In this document: positions 36,643 through 51,887 of the stretch, in pieces
How the letters are laid out: each line of letters opens with the position of its first letter
Position numbering within the stretch: position 1 is the first letter of the stretch
From: Octopus sinensis
Taxonomy: Eukaryota
Direction of reading: 5' to 3'
Length of the DNA stretch: 64,000 nt
NCBI RefSeq assembly: GCF_006345805.1
Contig: NC_042997.1
Span: 72,168,001 to 72,232,000 of the forward strand
Notes under the pieces: generated by a model
Database searches by the model: none
Told to the model about the DNA's origin: nothing
Seen by the model: the letters and a program-made list of their open reading frames with translations, nothing else
Translations under genes and position numbers: made by a program

Positions 36643-38397
36643 ATAGGTCTTACTCTATATATTTAACTAATATTTCATTATTATTTTTATTTATACATAT
36701 TTTTTCTTTCCTTCTCTCTATGTCTCCCTCCCTCTTTCTCTATTCCTATTTATCTCTCTTCATATGCCATGCTTATGGGCATTTCGTATAACAGAAATCC
36801 ATTCTAAAGTCTGAAGATTCATGATTATTGTTACAAAAGACACGGCAATAGCTTCTCGTTGCCGTCTACTTCTCTATTTACTGCTTACTCTGCTAGTCTC
36901 CTGCTCTCCAGAGCTTACCCTTTAGGCACAGGGGATATTTAACCTTTAGCGAGGAGGACTGGTTCACATAACGTCGAAACATGCTTACATACCGGTGGGT
37001 TAGCGCAGCACATGTTTAGAGGCAATATTCCGAGACTTCTGTGGCCAGCGATAGGACCAGCTTTTATTACTGATAACTGAGAACCTGGATATTTGAATTA
37101 GTCATGGGAAGTAATCCACTCCCATCAATGTTTATAAGTATAAAGTTTATGCCTCTGACATCTCTGACAGCATGAAAATTGGACGTCACTTCATTTTGAT
37201 GAGGCAAATGGTTATCTCAGTCCTTGGATGGTAGGCCTTTGAGACAGATTTCGGTAAAGTTGAAGAATGTAATGGAGTATGTTTATTCAGTATCATCGCT
37301 ATATGCAATTTTACATTTTTGTACATAGACGAATAGTCAATATGTAAGGGTAGAATTGTATATTTGGTAAAAAAATCTAAAGTAGTTGTTTGTTCAATTT
37401 CTTTGGCTTATCATTGTTCAGTGGCAACACTAAGGGTAGTACTGAGATATTTGCGAAGATAATGTTTTGATGGTTGAGGGATATCCAGCGTTATGAAGAA
37501 ATCGCTGCTGATATACCGTTAAAGTCGGTCATTTTATTTTCCACGTAAGTTAATAAAAAAGAATAATCACTTTAGGTGTTCTTTTGTGAAAGTATTTTGC
37601 TGCCGAACTAGACTATTTTATTTAATTGTTCTAATGTAAATAGCAAACTTCAGATTTTTCGTTGATCGTAGAAAACCCAGAATTGGCGTCGCTATGATTG
37701 ACAAAAGCTACCGAAGGCAGTGCCCCATTATGGATGCACTCGAATGACCGAAAGCAGTAAAACAAAAATAATAAAAGAATATATATTTATAAATAGTTAC
37801 ATGTCTCTCCACTCTATGTTTTATATGAGAGGTGTGATGCATTAATACATCAAATAGTTTCATTGTGGTCCTAGCAACATAATAAATATAAAATGTCTAC
37901 ATCACCACCATCACCATTACCACCAGTACGTATACAACTTGATACTTAATATTTTTCTCTTTTGAAAAGGGTAAGATCTCTTTTCATTGTCTCTCCGAGG
38001 GTCGACTAACCGGAAGTCCTTGCTACAAAGGATTCGTCTAGCATGGCGCCAATATTTGCCTTTATATTTACAATACCACGATTGATTTTCAGTTAGGGAT
38101 GAAACTTTACCAGGAAATAAATTAAATAAGTAAAAGAGAGAAATGGAGGAAGAACATTCGAAATAAATTATGAAAGAAAAAAACTATGCCTCTTGCTTTG
38201 TGTTCGGGCGATACTTTATAGTTTGATTATGCAAAACATGTGAACAATAAGTGCATAAACTTTTTTTTATATTAACACAGTTATTCGCTCGTGTATACAT
38301 AAATCCATACACAGACAATAAATTTATTCACGTATTTACACGATGAATTCTATAAACATATATGCCTGGCATAAATATATATTATTTAATTTCTCGG

Positions 38398-39060
38398 TCA
38401 GTCAGTCAGACCTTCCTATACGTGTTTACACATAGAGTGGCAGTTCCACCCCTTGCTTTCCATCGGTTGAGCTTTCTACGCTTTTCCAGTATCTTTTGAC
38501 ATCGTTCAGGTTCTCCTGAGAGGTTCGACGCCGTGTGGCACGTGGCCCTTGTTATCCTTCTCTTATTGTCTTTCTCAATGCTATTCTTTTGAGCAGATTG
38601 TCTGACTATAGAAGGAGGTAACTGCTATGTTGCCGTTCCTTCGAATCCTCGTGACGATACTCTTCAATTTTTATGTAATGAAAGGCATGCAATATTTTTT
38701 TATGATTTTTTTCAATTTTCTTCCACATTTCACTTGCATAAAGGATCGTTGACTGTACAATGATATTATACAGCTGAATCTTGTTGTTCATGGACAATAT
38801 TTTACACTTTCGCTGAAATACTGCTGTCGCATTTTGCGAATTGGATTTTCAACCATCAAGTGGCAATCTCTTGTTCTTTGACCGATCTCCACCACGTTCG
38901 TCTTCTCTACATTCTGTCCGGTTTTCTTCACCACTTTGCTCAGGTGATGAATCAGCACTTTTCAAGCATTTCTGGATTCCAATAACAATGTAATATTATC
39001 GGTGAAGTCTGGGCAGTCAATGATCCCTAACATTTTCAATTAGATACCATATTCATTGCA
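38398..39060 (-). pseudogene. RTE-like LINE 3' fragment with (CTGA)n tail
   Basis: NKIQLYNIIVQSTILYASEMWK..KILHAFH; ends in CTGACTGACTGAC. Confidence 0.65.
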
Positions 39061-39299
39061 GTAGACTGCCTTTTTTGAGGTGAAATCTGTGATACCTTCA
39101 GGCAATCTCTGTGCGTTACATGTGTGCTCTGAGAAATTTATCTAACTTTTTGTCTTTTCACTTCTTTAAATGAGAAAATAACTAAAATGACTGCATTTTT
39201 CAAATTTTACAAATACTAATTTTCACAAGCCATGTTAGCACAACGCATAAGGTACTTAACACTTTGGTACAATATTAATTTATTACAATTATAATGCAT

Positions 39300-39600
39300 A
39301 TAATCTCTCTATATATAAACGGCAAAATGTTTGTCTGTGTGTGTGTGTGTGCGTGTCCTTTATACATATCCACAATTTTTCAGTTAGAGGGCTCGCACTT
39401 TCTATGGTCATTCAAAACCGTCCAAGGGTGGTCGTGCACATCTTTACATTTCCCCAGTCACCCCGTAAAGCCATTAAAAAATCAATAGAAGTGACTTTTT
39501 TGTGAATTTTCTATCCAAAACCCATTCAAAATGCCTGAAACTTGATACGCCAATTGAATGCTAGCTAGCTGTATGTGATTGGTCGGAGATTTGGACAGTA
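39300..39600 (+). mobile_element. Helitron-like 5' end fragment
   Basis: Starts ATCTCTCTATATATAAACGGC followed by a (TG)n tract, typical of non-autonomous Helitron 5' ends. Confidence 0.45.
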
Positions 39601-39818
39601 CTCGCGTGTATGTGCGCACGTACGCAGCTGTATATGCATGCACTGTATATGCATATGCACTGGCATGGCTGCGTGGTAAGGAGTTTGCTCTGGATTCAGT
39701 CATACAGCATGGTACCTTGGACAACTGTCTTCTACTATGGTCTCAGGGCGATCAAAGCCTTGAGTGTATTCGGTAGACGGAAACCCAAAGGAGCCCGGCA
39801 GGTGTGTGTGTGTGTGTC

Positions 39819-39879
<61 letters not shown>

Positions 39880-40441
39880 TGGTCTCCTTCACCACTTCTC
39901 AACTGGTGTTGGTGTGTTTACGTCCCAATAACTCAACGATTCGTCAAAAGAGAACAATAGAATAAATACCAAACTTTAAAAATATAAGTACTGGGATCGA
40001 ATTATTCCACCAAAAATGTTTAAGGCGGTGCTCCAATGTGGCCACAGTCTATGACTGATAAAAGAAAAAATAAAAGATAATGATTTATTTCCACTTTGTT
40101 ACCAGCAGATTTAATGAGGATATTATTTCAACATCACGTCAGTCATATTTACAAGAGAGACTAATGAGAATTTCAGGTTGATATTAGAATCGATTCAAAT
40201 AAGGATCAACCGTTGCCAATATAAACAAAATCCAACCATATCTTGCAAATCTCTCCAGACCAATTTCCACACTGATTAGTCAAACTACTAAAGTAGTCTT
40301 CGATTAATCAATTGACATTTATATCATTTAACGGAATAGATTTAAGGTAAATATTAAAACTAACAAGTTTATGGATGCACGTGCGAGGCATGTTTACGCA
40401 CGTGTAAGCATATAAGTGTTTTCCAATATATATTTTAACTC

Positions 40442-40482
<41 letters not shown>

Positions 40483-40924
40483 ACACACACAACACACACT
40501 CACTCACATACATAAGCGCAAGCATGGCTGTGTGGTAAGAAGCTTCCTAACCACATGATTCCAGGTGCAGCCCCACTGCGCGCGGCACCTTGGGCAAGTA
40601 TCTTCTACTGTAGCCTTAGGCCGACGAAAATCTTGTGAGTGAATTTAGTAGACGGACCTGAAAGAAACCTGTCACATGCACATATCTATGTGTGTGTGTG
40701 TGTGCGTATGTATGCGGGCACGTATGTGTTCCTCATTATCGCTTGACAACCGGTGTTGGTTTATTTACATCCACGTAGCTTAACGCTTCGACAAAAAGAA
40801 GTCGATAGTACTAGGCTTAAAATAAAATAATAGTACTGGAGTCGATTCATTCGACTGAAAGTTCTTCAAAGTGGTACCCCAGCATGACTGCAGCTTAATG
40901 CCTGGCACAGATAAAAGACATATG

Positions 40925-40994
<70 letters not shown>

Positions 40995-40999
40995 GTATG

Positions 41000-41038
<39 letters not shown>

Positions 41039-41043
41039 ATCTA

Positions 41044-41113
<70 letters not shown>

Positions 41114-41434
41114 TGTATGTGTATGTGTGTGTGTGTGTGGAAGCGCAATGGCCCAGTGGTTAGGGCAGAGGACTCGCGGTCGTAGGATCGCGGTTTCGAT
41201 TCCCAAACCGGGCGTTGTGAGTGGTTATTGAGCAAAAACACCTAAAACTCCACGAGGCTCTAGAAGGGGGTGGCGTTCCTGCTGTGCTCTTTCGCCACAA
41301 CTTTCTCTCAGTCTTTCTTCTATTGGCCTGCTCGCTTAGCCAACGGGGTGGCATCATTTGAAGGCTAAAACAAAGCGAAGCGCATTGCGACCAGCGATGT
41401 GTAGCAACATCTAATAGCCTGGTCGATCATTGTG

Positions 41435-41471
<37 letters not shown>

Positions 41472-41879
41472 ATATATAATATATATATATATATATACAT
41501 AGCAAATGGATATTGACCATGAATTTTGAAATTTTGAGTTGTTCAGTCTACTAAACTACTAGATTCATTGCATTCGCATTGGGACGCACTAATTCACAGA
41601 CACTTAATGTAATTTTCAAGCAGAATCAGCCTTGACACAGTGTGTCAAAGCTGGACCTTTCACTTACACGCGCAATTCATCCTCCGTGCTTCGATACTGT
41701 GTCCGTCTTCCCAATTTCACTCACAAGGTTTGGTTCAACCGGGGAATTTAGAATATGAGGTTTGCCCTGTATATCACACAATAGAGTCGAACTTGAGACC
41801 TCTTGAGTGCGAACCATTCAGCCACACTGCGCCTCACACACATCTCTCTCTTTCTCTCTCTTGCTATGTATATATGTAC

Positions 41880-41931
<52 letters not shown>

Positions 41932-43918
41932 TTTGAAATATATATTAGCATATTAAGAGCCTTAGTGAAGAGTGGTTCCAGGAAGTGCCTGAAGCACCCT
42001 GCCATTTCTCTTAGGTTGCCGTACCCGTCATATTTAAAAGAATCCAGTCACTATTTGGTTAAGCATGAAATACGTTTTAAGTGGAGCGAGTGGTTCTACT
42101 GTTTATGCAGCTGTAGTGGTAGTGTGAACATTTCGGTGCTCATATAAAGGTCACTTCCGGACATCACACACCTACAAATAAATTCCTTTCAACTAAAAAT
42201 ATCTTTTGCCATTTCAAATACTAATTTAGGAAGTTACGACTGATTCTTCTGTAGTTGTCATAGATATAAACTTTTTGAGTGGTATGGAATTAAACTGTCA
42301 GTCATTCATAATTTTTTTAAACGTCGCTGGAATACGTGAAACGTATAAGTTTCACGCAGGAATTGAAACTGCTTTGTGTTCATAAATCATAAGTTTTCTT
42401 TTTGTTTTTAGAATTTCGATGTATTTTTAGCATTCGTTCTTTTGCCGTTTCACACATCACTATAGGTCATAAACTGGGTTGAACAGACTTCCCTATATTA
42501 TTTGCATTCGTTTAATTTGGGATAGATATAATAAGCGATTGAATAGAACACTATATGTCAATCAATTAGCATAGATTATGTTGTTCGGGTCTCTAACTTT
42601 TTTGCCAAGTTCTTTTTCTGACGAGAAATTTATCAAATTTTATATACAACAACAAAACGATAATATTTAAAAGCTAAGGACTGAAGGATAAAATGGTTTG
42701 CTGACATTTTATTTCTTCTTTTTATGTTCTGAGTTTAGCTTCCATCAGTGTTGACTTTCGTACAGCCAAACCGACAGAGCAACAAGCATATAGCAAGATA
42801 TAACAGGTACATTTTCTACTGGATACCATATTCATTGCAGTGGACCGCCTCTTTTTGTGAAATCTATGATGATCTAGAGGCAATGGATGCACTGCAGGCT
42901 ACATAAGTGTTCTGAGAAGATTATCTAACCTTTCGTCTTTTCAGATCTTTAGATGAAAAGAAATAACGAAGCTAACATTGTATTTTCGAATTTCTCAAAT
43001 GTACGAATTTTACACTTCACCTACAGTAAATTTTTAGCATATCTGGCTATCTTAGACTTTTTAGAAAAATTTTATTATATTGAGTATATTGCTATTTATT
43101 TAAAAAAAAACAAAACTTATTAATTTGGGGAACAGCTATTAAAGCTAGTTACAGACTATGTAAGTTGGTATAGTAAGCTGTAATAGATAATGAAAGAGTA
43201 AGAAAGCTGTAAAAGTATAAAAAATTGAAAGTATAAAAAATTGAAATTCCTTCTATGAAGACACTCATTACTGCTATCTGTCCTACGAAAATGTTATTAC
43301 TGATGTAGTATAATGAATATATCAGAAATATACACAGGGCCTGGCGAGTATGGGGTTCACGTTGTGACATTAAACTGAACGGTGATGTGTTCGTATTCTG
43401 TGTATCAATGTCCGGGATGTTCCTCTTTTAAACGGTACAGAGCGTGTTACAAATAATGTTGAGTGAATATCTCATATCATAAGAGAAATAGATTCTGAAG
43501 AGGGATATACGTTCATAAGATTAAGACTTTCATGATACCGTAAATGATAAATGTAGTGTGTCTTCATTAATGTTTCAGATGCTTTAGGCGGAGGGTAGTA
43601 AAATTGATAGCACGCAGCGCAAATTGCCTTCCATTGTTATATATTTACGTCTATTTTTTCCAAGTTTAAATCCCATTGACATTGCCCTTCCTAAGATTGT
43701 GAAATTCTAATCTTTTGTTACTATTCATTAAATGTTGGTCATTCGTTTAATGCCAATTTAAGTTTACGTTTATATTTTATATATTTTCATCTAATGAACA
43801 TCGGTCTGGTTAGCACTTAGAGAAACGTTGTTGATATCTATTATTTCTTCAAATAATCATAAAATAATTTCTGTGATGTTTAATTCTATCTGTTATTTCT
43901 TCAAAAACTCACAAACTA

Positions 43919-43968
<50 letters not shown>

Positions 43969-44379
43969 GTTTTTTTTCTTTTTTTTTCTTTTTTTTTCTT
44001 TTGGGGTTTTACAAAAATGTTAGGAAATAAGCAAGGCTACAGATAGGAAATGCGCTGAAAGCCTCAATAAACGAAGTACGTCTATTGGGAAGTACGTAAA
44101 ACAAATATTAGTCAGAAACGGAAGATTATTAAGTGCAAATCTTGCAAAAAAGGTTACGGACTAAAATATAAACAGTGAACGTGAGAATACTCGTGAGAGA
44201 ATTTGAAGAAAGGGTGCATTTTCAAAATTCTGCAATAAGCAAAAGTATAGAAAAAAAGAAAAATGAAATGAGCAAAATTTTTATTATAATTGTTTTGATG
44301 GATTCCAGCATTGTTCCTGGTAAAATGTAAATATAAAGAAAGATAATCTTTTGACTGATTAAAAAAAGGTACTTAAGAC

Positions 44380-46400
44380 ATCGAGCTGTCTTCGGCTTAT
44401 CGATCAGCTTTCGAACCCTCGTGTCTTAGCGCATAGGCCTTATTTCTGACAGTGCAGCCTTCACGTTGAAGAATTGGTCGAGAGTCAAGCTCACAGCGAG
44501 CAAGTCTGTTGCAATACTCTTCTCTAAGAGCCTCCTCTAAGTTTCTAAAACTCCCTCTATTCTATTTTTCTTACAAACCTACTTGATCCTACTTTAATCG
44601 CTTTTTTAGGGCGTGCCACGACTTGTTGTTGGTGATTGTCCGCATCAACGTTCGCTTATCTAATTCACTAATCCAATTTCTCTAAGTTGGGTGCATCTGG
44701 AGTAACTCATGCAGTTTCCAGTAACCGAGTACCTGCCTATGAAGCTTGTCTAACTGAGTGTACAGAACTAATTTATGGTGCGTGACCGACGATTTTAAAA
44801 CGTGGAAACCTATATAGCCATTATCTACTGGCCTACAAAATACTCTGGATGACTTTTTACGATTTGTTTATTGCTATATTAGCACATTCAGGAAATCTAG
44901 TTGGTTACTGTAAAAAAGTTGGAAACATCTAACTGGTTTGCCAAGCATTTGCAACTATTTTTTTCTATCGGCTAATCCCACACAACCCAAATGTGAATCC
45001 ATGATAGCGTACCAGTCACCACTGGCTCTAAAGAGCGGGATGTTCATAGGAATATTTTCAGATGCCTGAAGAAATCTGGATGTTTTATCAAAACATTAAA
45101 AAAATAGCCTCACTAATGCATACATCCAGGACCACAAGCTTATCTTCTGGATTAAGAATAAGTCCGAATCGTGAGATCCAAACCATTCATTACCCACACA
45201 GCAGTTCCACCTCCCAAAACCGATCGACTTGGAAATAGATTTCGTATCCACTGAAAATGGCATGAGATCAGAAAGACTAGTCTTTTTGATGGTACCACAT
45301 CTATATTTAGTGACTTTAGTTGGTTGAGCATGTGGTCTTACTCCCAAGATAACCTCAGGTACCTTGCATCTACACCTGCTATTCTGAGTACAGCTATGTT
45401 TGAAAAAAGAGAGGAAAGTGAGAAAGAATCGCATATCTTATTCCTAAAGAGATATGTATGTCTCGTCTCCCACCCCCATCTAACTGTGAGTGTTTAAATA
45501 AGGAATTCCTTTGCTTGTATTTCCCCTGATGTCTCGTATTCTTTTGGGCCTATTTATTTTTTAAAGACATGTAAATGTGTTGCGATATTTGAATAATTTT
45601 TTCTGTATGGTGGCAATCTATTTGTTAATGTGGTGTAGTTGTGTATGATGCTTGCATTTTTATGTATGTGATCCATTAACTTTTTATTGTTTGTGTTTAT
45701 GGCAGTGTAGCTAATGATATCTTGCTTTGAACTGAAATCCTTAAAATGCTTATGTCACCACAAAAATTATATATCGGCCTTCTGCTTTCAACTGTCACGT
45801 ATAGTCGTGTCTTGTCTGGCAGGTTGATTATGCTTCTATGCCTTGGTGATCCATTTGAATTAATAACTCTATCCCTTGGCTCTACCAACTGGACCTGCTG
45901 AATATTAGACTTGTCTTTTATGTTGAAAAGGATGGCTGTCATCAACCAGCAATTGCTTATTTCTGAGGACGCGTTGACTGTCTTATTTTCAGTATTCTAC
46001 GGCCGAAGTAAATTGAAATGAGAACCAGTACATCACTTCTTAAAGTTGTTGTGAAGTGCTTCCTGACCTCATCCTCTGTAGGGAATCCTACCCCTAATGC
46101 ACCGTACTTTTTCAAATTGTAAGTTATTGTGTTTACTTTACCCTGGGGATGGTACAAGAAATGGCAAGTTAGGATTACAAGAACGTGTAAAAAGAATAAA
46201 AACAGTAACAAACAGACAATAAATTCCAAATGATAGTTCCCCAAAAGAGAGAGACTTCCAAGGGTATTTGTTGAAACACCACAAAATCGTGGTCATTCTG
46301 ACCACTAAAAGCAAATACCTTCACTCTCTCAGGCGCATGCTCAGAGTAGACCCGTTCATTCGGACGATGATCTCCATTTCAATATACCTATCACAATTTG
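44380..46400 (-). mobile_element. Degraded L1/Tx1-clade LINE: ORF1 remnant (~45600-46250) and APE endonuclease start (~44400-45430)
   Basis: KYGALGVGFP..IYFGRR, VTVESRRP (knuckle decayed); DKLVVLDV, GDWYAIMD, YWKL, LDQFFN motifs. Confidence 0.7.
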
Positions 46401-47394
46401 CAAACGTGTTCCTTTTGCAAATCTAAGCAGTCCCTTAGCTACATACAAAGTAAGTCTAAACTCTAGGAACTTTGTTAAGAGCATGTCTCCCAAACACTTG
46501 AGCCTTTAATAAATAAATATTTAAGCATCACTTTGTCTGCCATCACTTTGTCTGCAAAGAACTAATTAGGAAACCAAACCGTATGAAAATTTATCATACT
46601 TATTAAAATACGTCCACACATGGGCAAATTTTCTCCTGTATATTCCTTGGGTGGATACTTCTAAAATTTTTCACACTTCCCCCAAATCGCCTTAATATCT
46701 TGTATCATTAGCTATTATTTATAGGCAATTATATTATTGACATTCAATTATTTTATGTTGTTTTTATTATATTAATCATATTTGCACTCCTATATACCGA
46801 TTTGTCATGAATTTTAGGTGCAACTTCGTTATTTCCAGTCCTCATTTTTAATTTTAGCATCACATGTCTCATTTCACCTACCCGACCATGTTCTCATTTT
46901 CACCAATAGCTGTCGTTCTATTTATCCACGGCATTATACTGTTTCAATATGATTTATTTTGCTTTTTAATTGCACTTTTTATCTAGAGCGACGAGTTGAC
47001 CGAATTGTTAGCACGCCGACAAAAAAATATGCGATATGTTTCTGACTCCTTACATTCTGAGTTCAAATCCCACGAGGTCAAATTTTTTTTCGGGGGCGGA
47101 AAAATAAAGTATCAAACTTTTTTATTTTGTTCTTTTTGGGTCCTTCACTCTCATCTTCTTAAGGAGAACTTTTTCTATTTTTCAGAAAGAAACCTTAACT
47201 CCTCTTTTCTATTACCACTACAACACACGTTTTCCCCACTATTTTTTTTATTATTTATCTATTTATTTTCGTTTTTGCTTTTCAGTATGAACTGTCCACA
47301 TCTGATGGGGAACGCACGTTTGTCATTCTCTTTCTATAATCTCTTATTACCATCTTATCGAATGTCAATTAATCTTTCGTTTCTTTGCAAATGG

Positions 47395-48760
47395 TTCTGT
47401 TGATCAAGCTGTATGTGCAATTATTCCTATTAAAAGACCCCACTTAAATGGAAGGCACTTAATCGGTCAGAAATTTGATGCAACGTTTCGTTTCAATTAG
47501 TCTCTCAAAGGAAGAGTGCACTGTGGCATATCTCCCTTTGACATACACTCATTTTACTCTATCACTAGAGTTTCATGGAGAACTGTAATTTTTCAACCAG
47601 TATTCAGGGGAAAAATCTGGTCCAGTAGTTTTACGTTTTTCTACCTTTCCTAACTCTTTTAATTAGTTTCCAAAATTTGCTTTCCTTTTGGTAAAATCCT
47701 TCTGCACCTCAGCATTTTTTATTTAATTATTTACTGTAATTTTTATTTTGCGTAGAATTCTTTTAAAAATTCATCTCCAAATGAATTTGCTTTCTTCAGC
47801 AATTGGTCTTATGTTATTTCCTTTATTCTCCTCAAAAATTGTCAAACGTTTCTAGAGACTCATTGTGTTTTTCTTTTTTCTTTTTTTTTCTAAATTTGGT
47901 AGCTTTTGTTTTTACTCTTGAGTTTTAGCACTTCGATCATTGACCCAATTCATTTTCTCTTGCATGCTGCATTTCCTCTACTTCACTATTCTTTCTTTAA
48001 TTTACCATGCTTCCTCTCGTCCAGCTCATATCTTTCTTAAGACCGTTAATCTTCATTAACATTCGCCTTTCCCGTCTGGTTACCCGTTAATTCCTTTTTT
48101 TTTTTTTTGTCGTTTCTTTTTCCTCCACGTATTGACAAAACTGTCTTTCTAAGACAGTATTTCTCATCGACTATACCACCAATATTAATGTGTTGGTATC
48201 TCAGAGAGGATTTCAAAAATAACCTTGTCCATCACAATGTTACTACTTTTTTGTTCTTTCTTTAACCATGCTTCGATCCACTGTTCAAACATTAACTGGC
48301 TCTAAGACTTTCAGTTACTTCAGATTCTACCTCAGTTTTTAACGATCTCTTGTTGGTTGTTTACAAAACAATTTCACTTTCCTTTTCCATGTTCCTACAT
48401 GCATTCGCTTCAAATGCAGAAATTGTATTTGTCTGTTTAGCTACAATAGTTGCTTTCTCTTGATTCTCGAAACGTTGTCGTCATTCAGTTAGATTTGGCC
48501 TGTTCTTGCAAGTCTGTGTTTTTCTTTCTCTTGTATTTCTGTTTCTAAGTCAGAGAGGTAACTTCTAAAACTGAAGTACAGTACCTGCACGTTTTGCACT
48601 GAGCTTGAATACTCCCATGTCATTCCAAATATTTAGCTTTCTTTACCAGAATCATTGCAGCATTGATTCATTTTGTAAATAACATTCCATTGTTAACTTG
48701 ATAATTTATTTTCCACTTCACTTTTGAGTTCAAATTGGAATTTGATGGTAGGCTCTTACA
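47395..48760 (-). pseudogene. Degraded R4/Dong-like LINE, N-terminal region and RT start
   Basis: KTTGPD..YWLK, KGDMP, NF*PIKCLPFKWGLLIGIIA motifs. Confidence 0.7.
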
Positions 48761-48814
48761 AAACCTATCCTTGTAAGATATTATTTCTACCTACCAACTC
48801 GAGTCATAAGAGCA

Positions 48815-49160
48815 AGGGTAAAGACCCCCTTCGGTCATGAATGATCGAAGGGGGTTTTTACCCTAAAAAGTTACCCTCTGAGGCACAAGTCCGGGCAAGG
48901 TTGTTTATGGAGGACCAGCAACTGCCTGTGTATGCCAGCCTCCCCTCTCCACACCAATGATGTTATCGAAGGGAAAGGCAAAGGCCAACACAGCTTGGCA
49001 CCAGTGACGTCGCAACTCATTTCTACAGATAAGTGAACTGGAGCAACGTGAAATTAAGTGTCTTGCTCAAGAACACAACATACAGCCCGGTCTGGGAATC
49101 GAACTCGCTACCTCATGATTGTAAGTCCGACTCTCTAACTACTGAGCCACGCACCTTCAT
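48815..49160 (-). mobile_element. tRNA-derived SINE family D with 3' hairpin
   Basis: GTGCGTGGCTCAGTAGTTAGA..GAGTTCGATTCCC; 3' ACCCCCTTCGATCATTCATGACCGAAGGGGGT. Confidence 0.8.
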
Positions 49161-49344
49161 GCAGCTCATGTAATACCTTTTCAATATTTGGTGCAGGATA
49201 AGAGTCAGAACATATATCGAGATTTACTTCTATCTTGTAATTTGCACAAAAACGTAAATCGCCTTTGAGCTTGCACACCACAATCAGCTGAGAAATCTAT
49301 TTAATAAGGCATTCTCTGGCTTTACTTTTGCTAACATAAGGGGG

Positions 49345-49374
<30 letters not shown>

Positions 49375-49375
<1 letters not shown>

Positions 49376-49581
49376 GAGAGGGGTGCTGAAAAGTTCCTGG
49401 CTTTAAGGCTTCGCGAAAGGCCTACCTTTCAGAATTCTTTTACGGAGCTTAGAAAAACTAAAGAGCTGCTGCAATAAGTGTGAGAATCTGAGGTGGGAAT
49501 ATGCTGAATAAAATCATAATTAACTAATATTCCTGTATTTTCTTTTACCCAAAGCCGGGAACTTTTCAGCACCCCCTCGTA
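49375..49581. mobile_element. Mariner-derived MITE
   Basis: TIRs CGAGAGGGGTGCTGAAAAGTTCCTGGCTTT versus AAAGCCGGGAACTTTTCAGCACCCCCTCG, TA at the right end. Confidence 0.85.
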
Positions 49582-49924
49582 TGGATGAATGGATGTATGG
49601 ATAGATGGATGGATGGATGGATAGGAAGTTTTCTCGTTTCATATTGTAAAAGTTTGTTTTTATTTTTTATTTTATTTTATATTAAGCGGTCCATTCTTGT
49701 AAAATTTTGTTATGAATAAATGATGTATTATTACATTACAACGCATCTATTCTTATAAGGCAAACAATTACGAAAAATATAAATATTTTCTAGTTTCCGT
49801 CTGCGATATGGTTTTAATCAAACCATCAAACTATCTGATGCTAGCATTGTAGTCCAGATTGAGAAACTTTAGTTTCTTTCTCGGGTTCTTGGTATTATAT
49901 TTACTCTGCTGCCAACAACTACTT

Positions 49925-50051
49925 TCATTTGTACTTCAACGCTATAGGACCGGTCAGCAAGTCGGCATCACTGAGCTTAATGTTGAAAACATTGCCCAAT
50001 TCCCGACTTCTTCCTGCATCAGCTACAAATTCATGTACTTTCTCAAATTTC
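49925..50051 (-). other. Candidate terminal coding exon (unassigned)
   Basis: Pyrimidine tract TTTTCACTATTTCTCCGTTTTCAAG, then KFEKVHEFVADAGRSRELGNVFNIKLSDADLLTGPIALKYK*. Confidence 0.25.
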
Positions 50052-51221
50052 CTTGAAAACGGAGAAATAGTGAAAATAAGTCTTCTCACAAATATTGTAA
50101 ATCTTCTCAATAGCACGACACCTCAACATGTGACCTTTACTGACGATTCTTTTCAACGTGTGACACTAACAATTCTTTTAGCATTTATTATCATTAGTAG
50201 AAGCTAAATCAAAATAATTAATCATTTCAAACTATGACTAACACAACATAACGGCAGCATTTCCTGAAATTGTATGTATTCAAATATCTGAGAACGATGT
50301 GCAGAATTTAATAGTTCATCAGTAAGTTACATTTGTATAAAGGGCATTTTCATCAGAATATTCTTCTGTCTCCAACTAATCAAATTCACAAAAACGTACG
50401 GCTTCTTTCAATCTTTCATATCAACGTATAAAATTCCGATAGTATCTGCTTCAGAGCCAGAAAACGTTCACTTTCAACAATAAACAGTGTCTTTTTCGGT
50501 CTCATTGAGAACAGGATAATTTCTTTTAACTTCCTCCAACACTTCCTCAAACAACCATTACGGATGTTTTTTAATATCTTCGTCTTCTGCTTCGGCGACG
50601 AAAGTATCAGTGAGAGCCCTTCACTTCCTTTGTCTCGAGCTGACCAAAAGACATTTTAACCAATCTTCACTTGAATCGGGATCATTCATTACTTATTCTC
50701 CAAATCTTAACGCCATTGTAATGTCGCCAATTAGAAAAAGGAAATTTAACAACACCGAAAAAGACAGTCATGTTATATAGTTTTCATCATATGACCATCA
50801 GAGTGGGTCACACGATATCATCAAGCATACACATATGCAGTTCTACTGTTGAAAAACAACCGCATTACAATATATATATATATGAGTTAGAAGGGATATA
50901 TTATCCAGGTGGATACCGTATTAGCACTCAGTTAAGTTCCAGTTAACGGCTAACCACAACGATCAGTATCTAACGTCTGTGACTACATTTAGTTGTTAGT
51001 CACTCTGTGAATTCTTCCGATGGGTAATTCCGTGTACTCTTCGCTGGATAGTAAAAGTTGTCTGAAGAGTATATTCATGATAACAAAGTGTATGGAGACG
51101 TGTACATCCACAAAAATTTATTTTATAGTTATATACAACATATTATGATGACCTACCACAGAACACTAACTAGCAAGACATGACTTCAATCAGTTCACAT
51201 CGAGCATGACCAAATTTACGG

Positions 51222-51303
51222 ACCCTGATGAAGCTGCACCCACCATATTACAAGGATGCATTTGCAACAGTGAGGAGTCGCTGCAATGGAAACATGTGTA
51301 GGT
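51222..51303 (+). ncRNA. Degenerate type I HHR in a repeat with inverted arm (51070-51370)
   Basis: ACC-CTGATGA-..TGCA..TGCA..-GAAA-CATGTG-TA-GGT; 51070-51156 is inverse to 51298-51370. Confidence 0.55.
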
Positions 51304-51369
51304 GATTATAATATGCTGTATACAACTATAAAATAAATTTTCTGGACGCACAAGACTCCAAACTCTTTA

Positions 51370-51486
<117 letters not shown>

Positions 51487-51887
51487 TATATACATGTATG
51501 TATGTATGTATTATGTATGCATTATGCATGTATGTATGTATGTATGTATGTATGTATGTATAATGATCCGAATCCACTACGGTGACGTTGTCGGTATATG
51601 CCGACAAGCATCTCCCACATCTCACGCATCTCACGCGGGATGCCTATCAACGCCACCAATTTGTGTAGTAGTGATTCGAAAGTCAGTACGTACAAGAGAG
51701 GCGAAAGGGGACAATCTTGCAGGACCAAACGCATGATGTTGAACGGCCCTGAGTGGTGACCGTTCACTCTGAACACTGAACAGATGTGGCTGTGCATTGC
51801 AGCGATCCATCACCTGAATACAAGCCCGATACCAGCTTCCATGAGGACCGCCGGTATAAATGGTCGACCCTATCGAAAGCTTTAGAC

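Noticed and set aside
36806-36872. HHR-like CTGAAGA..GACA-CGGCAA/TTGCCG-TC
   Set aside because: GAAA mutated, stem II poor and stem I out of register.
41139-41215. tRNA gene (also 60190, 34280-34350, 16076)
   Set aside because: tRNA-like heads continue into SINE bodies and no complete cloverleaf was evident.
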